Of a DNA stretch of 64,000 nucleotides, positions 49,275-59,564 are shown one piece after another; position 1 is the first letter of the stretch; every line of letters begins with the position of its first letter. The notes below the pieces were generated by a model, which ran no database searches, was not told the origin of the DNA, and saw only the letters and a list, made by a program, of their open reading frames with translations. The stretch spans positions 34,499-98,498 of the forward strand of contig JBGARZ010000027.1 of the NCBI GenBank assembly GCA_044229975.1. Direction: 5' to 3'. The translations under genes and the position numbers were made by a program. This DNA is from Polyangiales bacterium (lineage in GTDB: Bacteria; Myxococcota_A; Polyangia; Polyangiales; Ga0077539).

Positions 49275-50318
49275 ATGTCCACGAACGATCCGTCCGTCCC
49301 CACCGTGCCGAGCCCGCTCGCGACGCCAGAGCAGCGCCGCGCGCTCGCCGTCCTCACCGGCGCGTTGGGGCTGCTGAGCCTCGTCGCGACTCGCCCGCTG
49401 CTGCCTCCGCTGGTGGTGGGGGCGTGGTTCGCGGGCCTCGCGTCCCCATGGATCGCACGCCTCGCGCGGCGCTTCGGGCACCGCCAGCGGCTCGCCGGCC
49501 TCGCGACCCTGGTGCTCGTCGTCGCGCTGCTCGCGCCGCTCCTCCTTCTGGTCGCGCCGCTCGTCTCGCTGACCGGGGATGCTCTCGCCACGCTGCGCCA
49601 GGCGGCCTCCGGCGGCTCGCTCGGCCACTGGATCGGGCCCGGACCGGTCGGGGCCCGCGACCTGTCACAGCGCCTCTGGGGGGCGACCCGGGACCTCGTG
49701 CCCGGCGTCACGGCGATCGCCTCGCGGACCCTCGCGGCGGTCTCGACCGGCGTGCTCCAGGCGCTGACCCTCGTGGCCTCGGCGTACGTCTTCTCCGCCC
49801 ACGGCGCCTCGATCGTCGCGGTCGTGCGGCGGGGCTCGCCCCTCGCGCCCGCGCACTTCGACCGGCTCCTCGCCGAGTCGCTCCGGGTGGCGCGCGCCCT
49901 CCTGGTGGGCGGCCTGCTCACGGCCGTGGCGCAGGGCCTGGTCGCGTTCGCGGTCTACGTCGCGCTGGGGGTCGCGAACGCGCCGGGTCTGGCGGCCCTC
50001 ACGGCCCTCGCGTCCATGGTGCCGGCCGTCGGGAGCGCGCTGGTGTGGCTCCCGCTCTGCGCGCTGCTCGTGGGCGCGGGTCGGCACCGCGAGGCGCTCG
50101 TGCTCGCGGCCTGCGGCGTCGGCCTCATCGGCACGGTCGACAACGTGCTGCGACCGATGCTCGCGCGGCTCGGGGCGCGCGAGGTGCACCCGCTCCTGCT
50201 GTTCGTCGGGGTCATCGGGGGCATCAGCACCCTCGGCCCGTGGGGCCTCGTGCTCGGCCCTCTCGTCCTCTCCCTCTTCGTCGGCGCCTATCGCCTGAGG
50301 GCGGAGTCCGACGGGTGA
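49275..50318 (+). CDS. AI-2E family transporter
   Basis: Many TMs; PAVGSALVWLP, DNVLRP, GLVLGP. Confidence 0.9.
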   Translation: MSTNDPSVPTVPSPLATPEQRRALAVLTGALGLLSLVATRPLLPPLVVGAWFAGLASPWIARLARRFGHRQRLAGLATLVLVVALLAPLLLLVAPLVSLTGDALATLRQAASGGSLGHWIGPGPVGARDLSQRLWGATRDLVPGVTAIASRTLAAVSTGVLQALTLVASAYVFSAHGASIVAVVRRGSPLAPAHFDRLLAESLRVARALLVGGLLTAVAQGLVAFAVYVALGVANAPGLAALTALASMVPAVGSALVWLPLCALLVGAGRHREALVLAACGVGLIGTVDNVLRPMLARLGAREVHPLLLFVGVIGGISTLGPWGLVLGPLVLSLFVGAYRLRAESDG

Positions 50319-50413
50319 TGGGAGCCCCGACGGCACAACCTCACCGCTCGAAGCCGTGACGCGTCGCCACGAACCACAGCCCCGAAGGGGTCATACGCGG
50401 GGCAACGGCTCCA

Positions 50414-50517
50414 CGCACGCCGTGCACCCGGCGACGCAGCCGATGCGCCGTCCGGTGGCGCGCCGCTGGCCGGCTCCCGCGCTGCGAGGGAAGCCGTGCG
50501 TCGGCACAAGGGGTGCT
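50414..50517 (+). promoter_or_regulatory. Tandem motif B plus sigma54 promoter
   Basis: cgca-cgccg-tgca 50414-50426; cgca-gccga-tgcg 50435-50447; CGGCACAAGGGGTGCT 50502-50517. Confidence 0.7.
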
Positions 50518-50541
50518 CAGCGCCGGGCGAGGAGCGACCTG

Positions 50542-51219
50542 ATGAACCTTCACGGCAACAAGTCAGATGGACAGATCCAGGCGGACGTCATGAGCGAGCT
50601 GCGCGCGGACTCGCGGGTCCAGGCCGCCGCCGTCGGCGTAGCGGTCGAGGCGGGGGTCGTCACGTTGACCGGCACCGTCGACAGCTGGTCTTTTCGGCAG
50701 GCGGCGCGCGAGGCGGCCCACCGGGTCGAGGGCGTGCTGGACGTCGCCAACGACATCGTGGTGCGGGTGCCGGGCTCCCTCCGGCGCACCGACGCGGACA
50801 TCGCCCGGGCCGTGCGGCAGGCCCTGGAGTGGGACACGCGCGTGCCCCACGATCGCATCCGCTCCACCGTCACGAACGGCGACGTGACCCTGGAGGGCTC
50901 CCTGGAGTACTGGAGTCAGCGCGAGGACGCGGAGGACGCGGTGCGCAACCTCGCGGGTGTCTCTGGTGTCAACAACGTCCTCTCGGTCGACGCCCCGCGC
51001 GTGGCGTCGGAGGACGTTCACGGGGCGATCGCCCGCGCGCTGGAGCGTCGCGCCCAGCGGGAGGGTCAGCGCATCGAGGTCACCGTCGTGGACGGTCGCG
51101 TGGTGCTCTCCGGGAGCGTGCAGAGCTGGGCCGAGCGCACGGCCATCCTCGGCTCCGTCGGCGCGCTGACGGGCGTGCGGGGCGTCGAAGACCGACTCCG
51201 CGTCGAGCCCGCCCGCTGA
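50542..51219 (+). CDS. Triple BON-domain protein (OsmY-like), no signal peptide
   Basis: Three G.V.L.G...GV..V.. units. Confidence 0.92.
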   Translation: MNLHGNKSDGQIQADVMSELRADSRVQAAAVGVAVEAGVVTLTGTVDSWSFRQAAREAAHRVEGVLDVANDIVVRVPGSLRRTDADIARAVRQALEWDTRVPHDRIRSTVTNGDVTLEGSLEYWSQREDAEDAVRNLAGVSGVNNVLSVDAPRVASEDVHGAIARALERRAQREGQRIEVTVVDGRVVLSGSVQSWAERTAILGSVGALTGVRGVEDRLRVEPAR

Positions 51220-51376
51220 ACGATGGCCTCGGCGTCGGTCCGGGCGGGGTTCAGGTGCGGGAGAGAGCCGCGGTGAAGCCGCGGGGGGGGGCGAGCAGGG
51301 ACTCCTCGACGAGCGCGAGGCTGCGGGCGATCCGAGGCAGGAAGCGGAGCTCGACCACGCGGCGCCCCCGGGGGTG

Positions 51377-52690
51377 TCACGCGGTCGAAGGTCCGAGGTT
51401 GAAGTGACGGATGGCGCGGACCTCGCGCGCGAGCTCGGCGCGGAAGTCCGGGTGGGCGATGGAGAGGAGGGCCTCGGCCCGCTCGCGCAGCGTCAGGCCG
51501 TGCAGGTTGACGGCGCCGTACTCGGTCACGACCCAGTGCACGTGGCCGCGGGTGGTGACCACGCCGGCGCCCGGCTTCAGCGCGGGGACGATGCGCGAGA
51601 CGGTTCCGCGCGCTGCGGTCGAGGGTAGCGCGAGGACGGGCTTGCCTCCGCGGGAGCGGGCGGCGCCGCGGATGAAGTCCATCTGTCCGCCGATGCCCGA
51701 GTAGATGCGGTGGCCGATGGAGTCGGCGCAGACCTGGCCCGTAAGGTCGACCTCGATCGCGGAGTTGATCGCGACGACGCGGTCGTTCTTGCTGATGAGC
51801 GCCGTGTCGTTGGTGCGATCGCAGGGGTGAAATTCCACCAGCGGGTTGTCGTGGACGAAGTCGTAGAGCGCCCGCGTTCCCTGCACGAAGCTGGTGACGG
51901 TGCGGCCCGGGTGGATCGCCTTGCGGCGGTTGGTCACGACGCCACCCTCGATGAGGGGCACCAGCCCGTCGGAGAACATCTCCGTGTGCACCCCGAGGTC
52001 GTGCTTGTCGCCGAGTCGCGCGAGCACCGCGTCGGGGATCGCCCCGATGCCCAGTTGGAGCGTGGCGCCGTCGTCGACGAGGTCGGCGATCAGCTCGCCG
52101 ATGCGCCGCTCGACGTCGTTGGGCGCCGAGGCGGGGTGCTCGTAGAGGGAGCGGTCGCTCGCGACGAAGGCATCGAAACGGGAGAGGGGGACGGCCGTGT
52201 GCCCGTGGGTGCGGGGCATGCGGGCGTTGACCTCGGCGATCACAAGGCGGGCGGACTGCACCGCGGCCAGCGCGGCGTCGACCGAGGTGCCGAGCGAGCA
52301 CAGGCCGTGGGCGTCGGGCGGGGAGACCTGCACCAGCGCCACGTCCAGCGGGACCGCTCCGCTCGTGAAGAGTCCGGGGATGTCGGCGAGGAAGACCGGC
52401 ATGAAGTCCGCGCGGCCCTCGTCGACCGCGTCGCGCACCGCCTCGCCGACGAAGAAGGACGTCGACCGGAAGCGCCCCGCCCGCCGCGCGTCGGTGAAGG
52501 GGAAGGGGCCGGTGGTGTGCAGGTGGTAGAGGCGCACGCCGTCGAGGTCGTCGCGCTCGGCCAGCGCGTGGAGGAACGGCGTCGGGGTGGCCGCCGCGCC
52601 GTGGACGAAGGCGCGAGCACCGGAGGGAACCAGACGCACCGCCTCGGCGGGCGAGACGGGCGCGGGAGGATGGGACGAAGGAGACGGCAT
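51377..52690 (-). CDS. Acetyl-CoA hydrolase/4-hydroxybutyrate CoA-transferase family
   Basis: LQLGIGAIPDAV, HTEMFSDG, GIGGQMDF, VTEYG. Confidence 0.93.
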   Translation of the reverse strand: MPSPSSHPPAPVSPAEAVRLVPSGARAFVHGAAATPTPFLHALAERDDLDGVRLYHLHTTGPFPFTDARRAGRFRSTSFFVGEAVRDAVDEGRADFMPVFLADIPGLFTSGAVPLDVALVQVSPPDAHGLCSLGTSVDAALAAVQSARLVIAEVNARMPRTHGHTAVPLSRFDAFVASDRSLYEHPASAPNDVERRIGELIADLVDDGATLQLGIGAIPDAVLARLGDKHDLGVHTEMFSDGLVPLIEGGVVTNRRKAIHPGRTVTSFVQGTRALYDFVHDNPLVEFHPCDRTNDTALISKNDRVVAINSAIEVDLTGQVCADSIGHRIYSGIGGQMDFIRGAARSRGGKPVLALPSTAARGTVSRIVPALKPGAGVVTTRGHVHWVVTEYGAVNLHGLTLRERAEALLSIAHPDFRAELAREVRAIRHFNLGPSTA

Positions 52691-52704
52691 GGAGCGCGTG
52701 ACCT

Positions 52705-52763
52705 TGCGGAAGGCGTGCCGACGCACCGACCAGCCCGGGACCAGACATGGCACGCCGACTGCG
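52705..52763. promoter_or_regulatory. Back-to-back sigma54-like boxes
   Basis: Minus CGGCACGCCTTCCGCA (52720-52705); plus TGGCACGCCGACTGCG 52748-52763. Confidence 0.55.
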
Positions 52764-52929
52764 CAGGGGAAGGCGTCGGCGGAAGCGCCCGAACGCGAGC
52801 ACGACCCCGCCGTGCTGCGACGCGTCCGTCGCGAGGTCGAAGGGGGACTGTACGAGCTCATCGACGAGGCCTTGTCCGCGCGAGCCGGCTTTCCGATGTG
52901 ATCGCGACGGGTCGGTGCCCCGCGCGACG

Positions 52930-55386
52930 TCAACGGCGTCGACGGAGCGAGGGGGCACCGCGGCCCGACGTCGCGAGCTGTCGGGTGTATCGCCGCAGCC
53001 TCGCCGCGGCCCGACCGTAGATGCCCGCCGGGGGAAACGTCCCATCGACGGCGGGCGCGCCGACCTCGTCGCCCGTCAGGATCGCCAGCGCGTCGTCCAC
53101 CGTGGCGGCGGCCCACACGTGGAAGCGTCCCTCGCGCACCGCCTCGACGACCTCGTCGTCGAGCACGAGATGCACCGCGTTGCTCAGGGGAATCACCACG
53201 CCCTGATCGCCGGTGAGGCCCGCCTCGCGGCAGGCGAAGAAGAAGCCTTCGATCTTGGCGTTGACCTCCCCGATGGGTTGGAGCTGACCGCGCTGGTCGA
53301 CCGACCCGGTGACCGCGACGCCCTGGTCGAGCGGCACCTCGGCGAGCGCCGACAGCAGGGCGAGCAGCTCCGCGAGCGACGCGGAGTCGCCCTCGATCGG
53401 GCCGTAGGACTGCTCGAAGGCGATCGTCGCGGCGAGCGAGAGCGGCTCGTCGCCGCCGAACATGCGCGTGAGGTACCCGCGGAGCGTGAGGACCCCTTTG
53501 GCGTGGATCGGCCCGGCGAGGGCGACCTCGCGCTCGATGCTGCACACCACCCCGTCGCCGGGCCCGACCGTCGCCGTCACGCGCGCCGGGACGCCGAAGC
53601 GGGCGTCCCCGGATTCGACCACCATCAGGGCGTTCACCTGACCGACCTGGCGGCCGGAGGTCTCGACGAGGACCGCGTGGTGGGCGATCGCGGCCTGGAG
53701 GGATCGCTCCAGCAGGCCGGAGCGCGCGCGGCGGGAACGGACGGCGCGGTCGACGTCCGCGGCCACGACCTGTTCGCGCCCTGCCTTCCCGGCCCAGAAG
53801 CTCGCCTCGGTGACGGTGTCGGCGAGGTCGCCCAGGCGCGTCGAGAGGCGCCCCTGCCGCCCGCACAGCCGCGCGCCGATCTCGACGGCCCGCGCGATGG
53901 CGTCGGCGCCCAGGGGACGGAGCTTGCGGTCGACCACGCAGCGGCTGAGGAAGCCCGCGTAGAGGCGCACGGCTTCGTCGGACCACGGGAGGTCGGGGGC
54001 GAACTCGACCTTCACCTTGAAGAGCTCACGAAAGTCCGGGTCGAGGTCGAAGAGCATCTGGTAGCACTCCTCGGTGCCGACCAGCACGACCTTCACGTCG
54101 AGCGGGATCGCGGCCGGCCGGAGGGCGATGGTCGGCAGCGGAGAGTCGTCGCCCCCGCCCTCCAGGCGAACCTCGCCGCCGATGAGGGCGCGCTTCAACA
54201 CCGACCAGGCGTCCTCGGTCTGCAGCAGGTCGTCCGCGCGCACCACGAGGAACCCGCCGTTTGCGCGGTGCAGGGAGCCCGGCCGCACCTGGAGGAAGTC
54301 CGTCACCAGGCCGTTGGCGGTCACGCGATAGTCCATCCGTCCGGTGAGGTTCTCCGCCGTCGGGTGCGCCTCCACGACGACCGGCGCGCCCCCCGCGCCC
54401 GCGTGGTCGATGAACACGTTGATCGCGTAGCGCCGGAAGGACGTCCGGCTCCCCTCGGCCCCATGGCCCTCGTCATGGTCCGCCGCGCCCGCCTCGTCGT
54501 CGTCTTCCGCGGGCTCCGACGGGATGAACGAGCGGGCCCGGTCGACGATGTCGCCACCGACCCTCGCGAGGTGTTCCAGCAGCGGGGGCACCTCGGCGTA
54601 GTGCGACTTCAGCTCGACCAGCAGCGGCTCGATCGTCGCCTGCATCGCGGCGCGGTCGAAGTTCTGGCCGCGCTCATCCTCCTCGCGCTCGACCTGGCGG
54701 AGCTGACGGACAACGGCCTGCATCTCCTGCTCGAAGCCTTCGGTGCGGGCGGCGAGGTCGGCGCGGGCCTCCGGTGTCAACGCGGCGAACTGCTCCTCGG
54801 TGATCGACTCCCCCTCGACGAGCGGCGTCGAGGTGAGGCGGCCGAGCGCGTAGTCCACGCGGAAGCCCTGCGCCTGTCCGACCGCCGCGGCCCCGGCCAG
54901 CACCTCGCGCCTCCGCCCTGCGACGTCGTCCAGCGCCGCGCGTCGGCGGTGCTCGTGCTCCTCGCTCTCGAAGGTGCGCCGGATCGCCCGCTCGGCGTCG
55001 CGCGCGAACGCGACCATCTCGCGCGCCACGTCGGCCGCTCGCCCGCTCGGGAGCGAGAGCGCGAGCGGTCGGTCGGGCGCCGCGAAGTCGTGGACGAACA
55101 CCCAGTCCGGTGGGGCTGCCCGGGCCGCGGCCGCGGCGCGGAGATGTGCCAGAACCGTGGTCGTCTTGCCCGAGCCGCTGTCTCCCGCCACGTAGAGGTT
55201 GAGGCCCGGCCCGCTCGCCTCGATCCCGAAGGCGAGGGCGTCCAGGGCGTCCTGCTGGCCCAGCAAGGTGTCGAGCGGCGGCACGTCCGCCGTGGAGGAG
55301 AAGGGCAGGCCCGCGGGGTCGAGGTGGGGGCGCAGCTGCTCGGTGCGAAGCGCCGAGCGCTCGCGAGGGGGGCGGTAGGTGGTCAT
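52930..55386 (-). CDS. Lon-like (LonC type) protease: AAA-like domain plus S16 protease domain
   Basis: GDSGSGKT, HRANGG, FEQSYGPIEGDSAS (catalytic Ser), VNAKIEGF (Lys). Confidence 0.9.
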   Translation of the reverse strand: MTTYRPPRERSALRTEQLRPHLDPAGLPFSSTADVPPLDTLLGQQDALDALAFGIEASGPGLNLYVAGDSGSGKTTTVLAHLRAAAAARAAPPDWVFVHDFAAPDRPLALSLPSGRAADVAREMVAFARDAERAIRRTFESEEHEHRRRAALDDVAGRRREVLAGAAAVGQAQGFRVDYALGRLTSTPLVEGESITEEQFAALTPEARADLAARTEGFEQEMQAVVRQLRQVEREEDERGQNFDRAAMQATIEPLLVELKSHYAEVPPLLEHLARVGGDIVDRARSFIPSEPAEDDDEAGAADHDEGHGAEGSRTSFRRYAINVFIDHAGAGGAPVVVEAHPTAENLTGRMDYRVTANGLVTDFLQVRPGSLHRANGGFLVVRADDLLQTEDAWSVLKRALIGGEVRLEGGGDDSPLPTIALRPAAIPLDVKVVLVGTEECYQMLFDLDPDFRELFKVKVEFAPDLPWSDEAVRLYAGFLSRCVVDRKLRPLGADAIARAVEIGARLCGRQGRLSTRLGDLADTVTEASFWAGKAGREQVVAADVDRAVRSRRARSGLLERSLQAAIAHHAVLVETSGRQVGQVNALMVVESGDARFGVPARVTATVGPGDGVVCSIEREVALAGPIHAKGVLTLRGYLTRMFGGDEPLSLAATIAFEQSYGPIEGDSASLAELLALLSALAEVPLDQGVAVTGSVDQRGQLQPIGEVNAKIEGFFFACREAGLTGDQGVVIPLSNAVHLVLDDEVVEAVREGRFHVWAAATVDDALAILTGDEVGAPAVDGTFPPAGIYGRAAARLRRYTRQLATSGRGAPSLRRRR

Positions 55387-56183
55387 CGCGTACGCTCGGC
55401 CCCGCGGCCTTCGAGGAGGTCGCGCACGATCGGGTCGCGGCTGGCCCGCACTTCCGCGACCGTGCCGATCACGGCGACGCGCCCCTCGTGCAGGACGGCG
55501 AGGCGATCGGACACCCGGTAGGCGAGCGCGAGGTCGTGGGTGACGATCACGGAGGTGATCGCGAGCTGGCGGCGGAGGTCGGCGATGAGGTCGCCGATGC
55601 GGCCGCTGTTCATCGGGTCGAGGCCCGTCGTGGGCTCGTCGTAGAGCACCACCTCGGGGCGGAGCGCGATGGTCCGCGCCACGCCCACCCGCTTGCGCAT
55701 GCCGCCCGAGAGTTCCGCGGGCATGAGGTCCCCGGCGTCGCCCAGCCCCACGGCGCGCAGCGCCCACGCGACCCGCTCGTCCACGGCGTCGGGCTCCATC
55801 CCGCGGCGGCCCTGGACGCGCAGGCCGTAGGCGACGTTGTCCGCCACCGAGAGCGAGTCGAACAGCGCCGCCCCCTGGAACACCATCCCGATGCGCCGAC
55901 GGACGGGCGCCATCGTGCGCTCACTCAAGCCCTCCAGGTGCACGTCGTCGAACACGACCTCGCCGCGCTCGGGCGGGATCAGCCCGATCACCACCTTGAG
56001 GAGCACGCTCTTGCCGCAGCCCGACGCGCCCAGCAGCGTCAGGATCTCCCCTCGCCGCACGTCGAGGTCCACGCCGCGCAGCACCTGCTTGGACCCGAAT
56101 CCCTTCCAGACGTCCCGGAGGCGGAGCGTTGGTGTTGCTTCGGTGCGCGGGGTTGGCCGCGCAGCCTCGTCCGATGGCGTCAT
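55383..56183 (-). CDS. ABC ATP-binding protein, MlaF/Mkl-like
   Basis: GASGCGKS, FQGAALFDSL, LSGGMRKR, YDEPTTGLDP. Confidence 0.9.
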   Translation of the reverse strand: MTPSDEAARPTPRTEATPTLRLRDVWKGFGSKQVLRGVDLDVRRGEILTLLGASGCGKSVLLKVVIGLIPPERGEVVFDDVHLEGLSERTMAPVRRRIGMVFQGAALFDSLSVADNVAYGLRVQGRRGMEPDAVDERVAWALRAVGLGDAGDLMPAELSGGMRKRVGVARTIALRPEVVLYDEPTTGLDPMNSGRIGDLIADLRRQLAITSVIVTHDLALAYRVSDRLAVLHEGRVAVIGTVAEVRASRDPIVRDLLEGRGAERTR

Positions 56184-56274
56184 CAAGTTCGCTCCCTCTC
56201 TTCACTCGGCGGAACGCCCAGCCTCTGCACGTTCTGCGCGCGCTCGTGCATCGCGTGCGTCTCCGCCCGTGCGG

Positions 56275-56709
56275 TCAACGGACGGTGAGCACGGGCACCG
56301 GCGAGTGCCGCACCACGCGCTCCGCGACGCTCCCCATGAGCACCCGGCGGATGCCCGTGCGGCCGTGGGTGCCGACCACCACGAGGTCGGCGTGGACCGT
56401 CTCGATGACGGCGATGATTCGGTCCCAGGCCGCTCCGCTGGCGAGCGTCGCGGCGACGTCGACCTTGCCCGCACGCAGGCCCTCCACGAGCTCGTCGAGC
56501 TGCGCGCGCGCCGAGTCTTCGATGGGCGCGCTCCAGTCCACCGCGGGCCCGGTGAATGCCGTGCCCCCGGTGAGCGGCGGCTCCCACACGTGCACGATGT
56601 GCAGACGGGCCTCGTACCGTCGGGCGACGTCGACGGCGCGCTCGACGGCGCGGGTGGCGGGCTCACTGAAGTCTGTGCACACGAGCACCTTCTCGAACGG
56701 CTTGATCAT
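56275..56709 (-). CDS. Universal stress protein
   Basis: CTDFS, VVGTHGRTG, GSVAERVVRHSPVPVL. Confidence 0.95.
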   Translation of the reverse strand: MIKPFEKVLVCTDFSEPATRAVERAVDVARRYEARLHIVHVWEPPLTGGTAFTGPAVDWSAPIEDSARAQLDELVEGLRAGKVDVAATLASGAAWDRIIAVIETVHADLVVVGTHGRTGIRRVLMGSVAERVVRHSPVPVLTVR

Positions 56710-56864
56710 GGCTGCTGTTCCTCGGCCAGCGGCCCCATCGAGGCGCTCCCCACCGACGGGTGGGGCCCTCGAACGCGAGCCACCGGACGAAGGAGTCCCT
56801 CAGCGAGAATCGTGCGCGGTCACCGCCGCGGGGTTTCTCGCAGGGCTCGATCGCGTGCCGCCAG

Positions 56865-56962
56865 GCTCCCTTCTCGAGTTCGAGCACGGCGAGCGTGGTC
56901 TTGGTCACGCTGTCGGGGTTGAGCGAGAGCGCGTCGATCCCGAGGGACGCCAGGAGTCTCGC
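56865..56962 (-). pseudogene. Extreme C-terminal remnant of PEP synthase
   Basis: LLASLGIDALSLNPDSVTKTTLAVLELE resembles the PpsA C-terminus (GIDSISLNPD). Confidence 0.6.
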
Positions 56963-56969
56963 GGCCGTC

Positions 56970-57059
56970 CGCAGGACCTGCATCACCGGCGCACGATCTG
57001 CGTGTCGCACTCGTTGGACCGGGGAAAACAGCCGTCGAGGCGGTGGCACGTCGACTGCT
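56970..57059 (+). promoter_or_regulatory. Tandem motif B plus sigma54 promoter
   Basis: cgca-ggacc-tgca 56970-56982; cgca-cgatc-tgcg 56990-57002; TGGCACGTCGACTGCT 57044-57059. Confidence 0.75.
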
Positions 57060-57085
57060 CAACGCCCCATCGATCGGAGCAATCG

Positions 57086-57496
57086 ATGACGACTCTCGGA
57101 CAACGCCTCGCGCACGAACACCACGACCTCAACCGGCTCTACGAGGACCTCGCCAACCGCGTCCACTGCGGCGACACCGCGACCATCGACGCCGCGTGGG
57201 GCCCGCTCGAGACGCGGCTGCGAGCGCACCTGGACTTCGAGGAGCAGGAACTCCTGCCGCTGTTCCGGGAGGTGGCCCCGATGACCGCGCAGGAGATCCT
57301 CGGGGAGCACGTCCAGATCCGCCGCGCCCTCTCGGAGATCGGGGTCGCGATCGAGCTGCACGCCATCCGCGAGGAGTCGATGGCGGAGTTCCTCACGCTG
57401 CTGAGGGCGCACGGCGAGCGCGAGGAGGCGACGCTCTACATTCACGGCCGAGGGCCGGGGGTCGAACCGCGCACCCCGGCGTCCCTGGCCCGATGA
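57086..57496 (+). CDS. Hemerythrin-like (HHE) protein
   Basis: EH, HLDFEE, EH, HGEREE ligand pattern. Confidence 0.85.
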   Translation: MTTLGQRLAHEHHDLNRLYEDLANRVHCGDTATIDAAWGPLETRLRAHLDFEEQELLPLFREVAPMTAQEILGEHVQIRRALSEIGVAIELHAIREESMAEFLTLLRAHGEREEATLYIHGRGPGVEPRTPASLAR

Positions 57497-58152
57497 CCGC
57501 CAACGACCGGTCCGCGGAGGCGTGCGGATGCACGGCGGGCGGGGCGACGCCGCGCCGACGGGTCGTGCTGACGGGCGGCCCCGGCGCGGGCAAGACCGCG
57601 GCGCTGGAGGTGATCCGGGCGCACTTCGGCCGCCACGTGCAGGTGCTGCCCGAGGCGGCCAGCATCGTCTACGGCGGCGGCTTTCCCCGGCGCGCGACGA
57701 CGGTCTCGCGGCAGGCGTCGCAGGTCGCGATCTACCATGTGCAGTCCCAGTTGGAGCGCTGGGCGGAGGGAGACTCCGCCGCCGCGCTGACGGTCTGCGA
57801 CCGCGGGCTGCTGGACGGCGTGGCCTACTGGCCGGGGTCCGCGGAGAGCTTCTTCGCCGAGGTGGGACGCGACCGCGCGTCGCTCTTTGCTCGCTACGAC
57901 CTCGTCGTCCACCTGCGCACGCCGCGCGCCGGGCACGGGTACAACCACCAGAACCCGCTGCGCACCGAGGACGCCGCCGAGGCGCGCCGCATCGACGAGC
58001 GCATCCACGCGGCCTGGGCGGACCACCCGCACCGCGTCACCGTCGCGAACACGCGCGACTTCCGGGAGAAGATCGACGAGGTGCTCGCGGTACTGCGTAC
58101 TCAGCTCCCGGCGTCGTGCCGCCACCTGATCGAGCAGGAGGCGCGGTCGTGA
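57493..58152 (+). CDS. NadR/AAA_28-like P-loop nucleotide kinase/ATPase
   Basis: VLTGGPGAGKT, PEAA, CDRG..D, YD.V.HL. Confidence 0.85.
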   Translation: MTANDRSAEACGCTAGGATPRRRVVLTGGPGAGKTAALEVIRAHFGRHVQVLPEAASIVYGGGFPRRATTVSRQASQVAIYHVQSQLERWAEGDSAAALTVCDRGLLDGVAYWPGSAESFFAEVGRDRASLFARYDLVVHLRTPRAGHGYNHQNPLRTEDAAEARRIDERIHAAWADHPHRVTVANTRDFREKIDEVLAVLRTQLPASCRHLIEQEARS

Positions 58153-58160
58153 CGCCCGCG

Positions 58161-59564
58161 ATGGAGGTGGAGTTCGTCGGCGCGGCGCAGACCGTGACCG
58201 GCTCCATGCACCTCGTGCGCACCCCGCGCGCGACGGTGCTCCTCGACTGCGGCCTCTTCCAGGGGCGTCGGCGGGAGAGCGTCGAGCGCAACCGCAACCT
58301 GCCCCTCCCCGTGAAGGACATCGACGCGGTGGTGCTCTCGCACGCCCACATCGACCACTCGGGCGCGCTGCCGCTCCTGGTCAAGCAGGGCTACGCCGGG
58401 CCCATCTACGCGACGCACGCCACGCGCGACCTGTGCGCGGCGATGCTGCTCGACGCGGCCTCCATCCAGGAGGCCGACGCGCGCTTCCTCAACCACCGCA
58501 TCGACCGCGGCGAGCTGGACGGCGAGCGGGTCGAGCCCCTGTACACCGAGGCGGACGCGCTCGCGGCGCTGGGGCACTTCGTGGGCCTCCCGTATCACCG
58601 CACGACGGAGATCGCGCCAGGCGTGCGCGCGACCCTCTTCGACGCGGGGCATGTGCTCGGCAGCGCGATCACCGCGCTCGACGTGGACGCGGAGGTCGGC
58701 GCCCGCCGGCTGGTCTTCACCGGAGACCTCGGGCGCCACGACATGCCCATCCTGCGCGACCCCGAGGTGGTCCCCGGAGCCCACCTGCTGATCTGCGAGA
58801 GCACCTACGGCGATCGCCTGCACGACGCGGTCGGCAAGATGGACGACGACCTCGCGGCGACCATCAAGCGCACCTTTGCGCGGGGCGGCAAGGTGGTCAT
58901 CCCGGCCTTTGCCCTCGAACGCGCGCAGGAGATCCTCTTCGCCATCAAGCGCCTCCGCCGGAGCGGGGCGCTGCCGCCCATCCCGGTGTTCGTCGACTCG
59001 CCCCTCGCCGTGAAGATCACCGAGGTGTTCAAGACCCACCCGGAGTGCTTCGACGAGGGCGCCCGGGCGCTCGTGCGCGCCCACGACTCGCCCTTCGATT
59101 TCGACGGGCTGCGGTACGTCGACGACGCCGAAGCCAGTCGTGTGCTCGCGCAGCGCCCCGACCCCGCGGTGGTCATCGCGGCCAGCGGCATGTGCGAGGG
59201 CGGGCGGGTGCTGCACCACCTGCGCACGACCGTCGACGACGAGAAGAACACCATCCTGATCGTGGGGTTTCAGGCGCAGCACACGCTCGGTCGGAGGCTG
59301 GTCGAGCGGCGCCCGAAGGTTCGCGTCTTCGGGGTGGAGCACGAGCGCCGCGCCGAGGTGGTCGTCCTCAACGGCTTCAGCGCGCACGCCGACCGCGACG
59401 ACCTGCGCCGCTACGCGACGGCCTGCCGCCAACACGGCCCGGTCGACACCATCGCGCTCGTGCACGGCGAGCTCAAGGCCCAGGCGGCGCTGCGGGCGGC
59501 CATGCTCGACGACGGCGCCCGACGGGTGATCGTCCCGGCGCCTGGCGACCGAATCTCGGCATGA
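58161..59564 (+). CDS. MBL-fold beta-CASP nuclease (start may be GTG 58149)
   Basis: DCG, SHAHIDHSG, AGHVLGS, ESTYG, ASGM, FSAHAD, VHGE. Confidence 0.93.
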   Translation: MEVEFVGAAQTVTGSMHLVRTPRATVLLDCGLFQGRRRESVERNRNLPLPVKDIDAVVLSHAHIDHSGALPLLVKQGYAGPIYATHATRDLCAAMLLDAASIQEADARFLNHRIDRGELDGERVEPLYTEADALAALGHFVGLPYHRTTEIAPGVRATLFDAGHVLGSAITALDVDAEVGARRLVFTGDLGRHDMPILRDPEVVPGAHLLICESTYGDRLHDAVGKMDDDLAATIKRTFARGGKVVIPAFALERAQEILFAIKRLRRSGALPPIPVFVDSPLAVKITEVFKTHPECFDEGARALVRAHDSPFDFDGLRYVDDAEASRVLAQRPDPAVVIAASGMCEGGRVLHHLRTTVDDEKNTILIVGFQAQHTLGRRLVERRPKVRVFGVEHERRAEVVVLNGFSAHADRDDLRRYATACRQHGPVDTIALVHGELKAQAALRAAMLDDGARRVIVPAPGDRISA

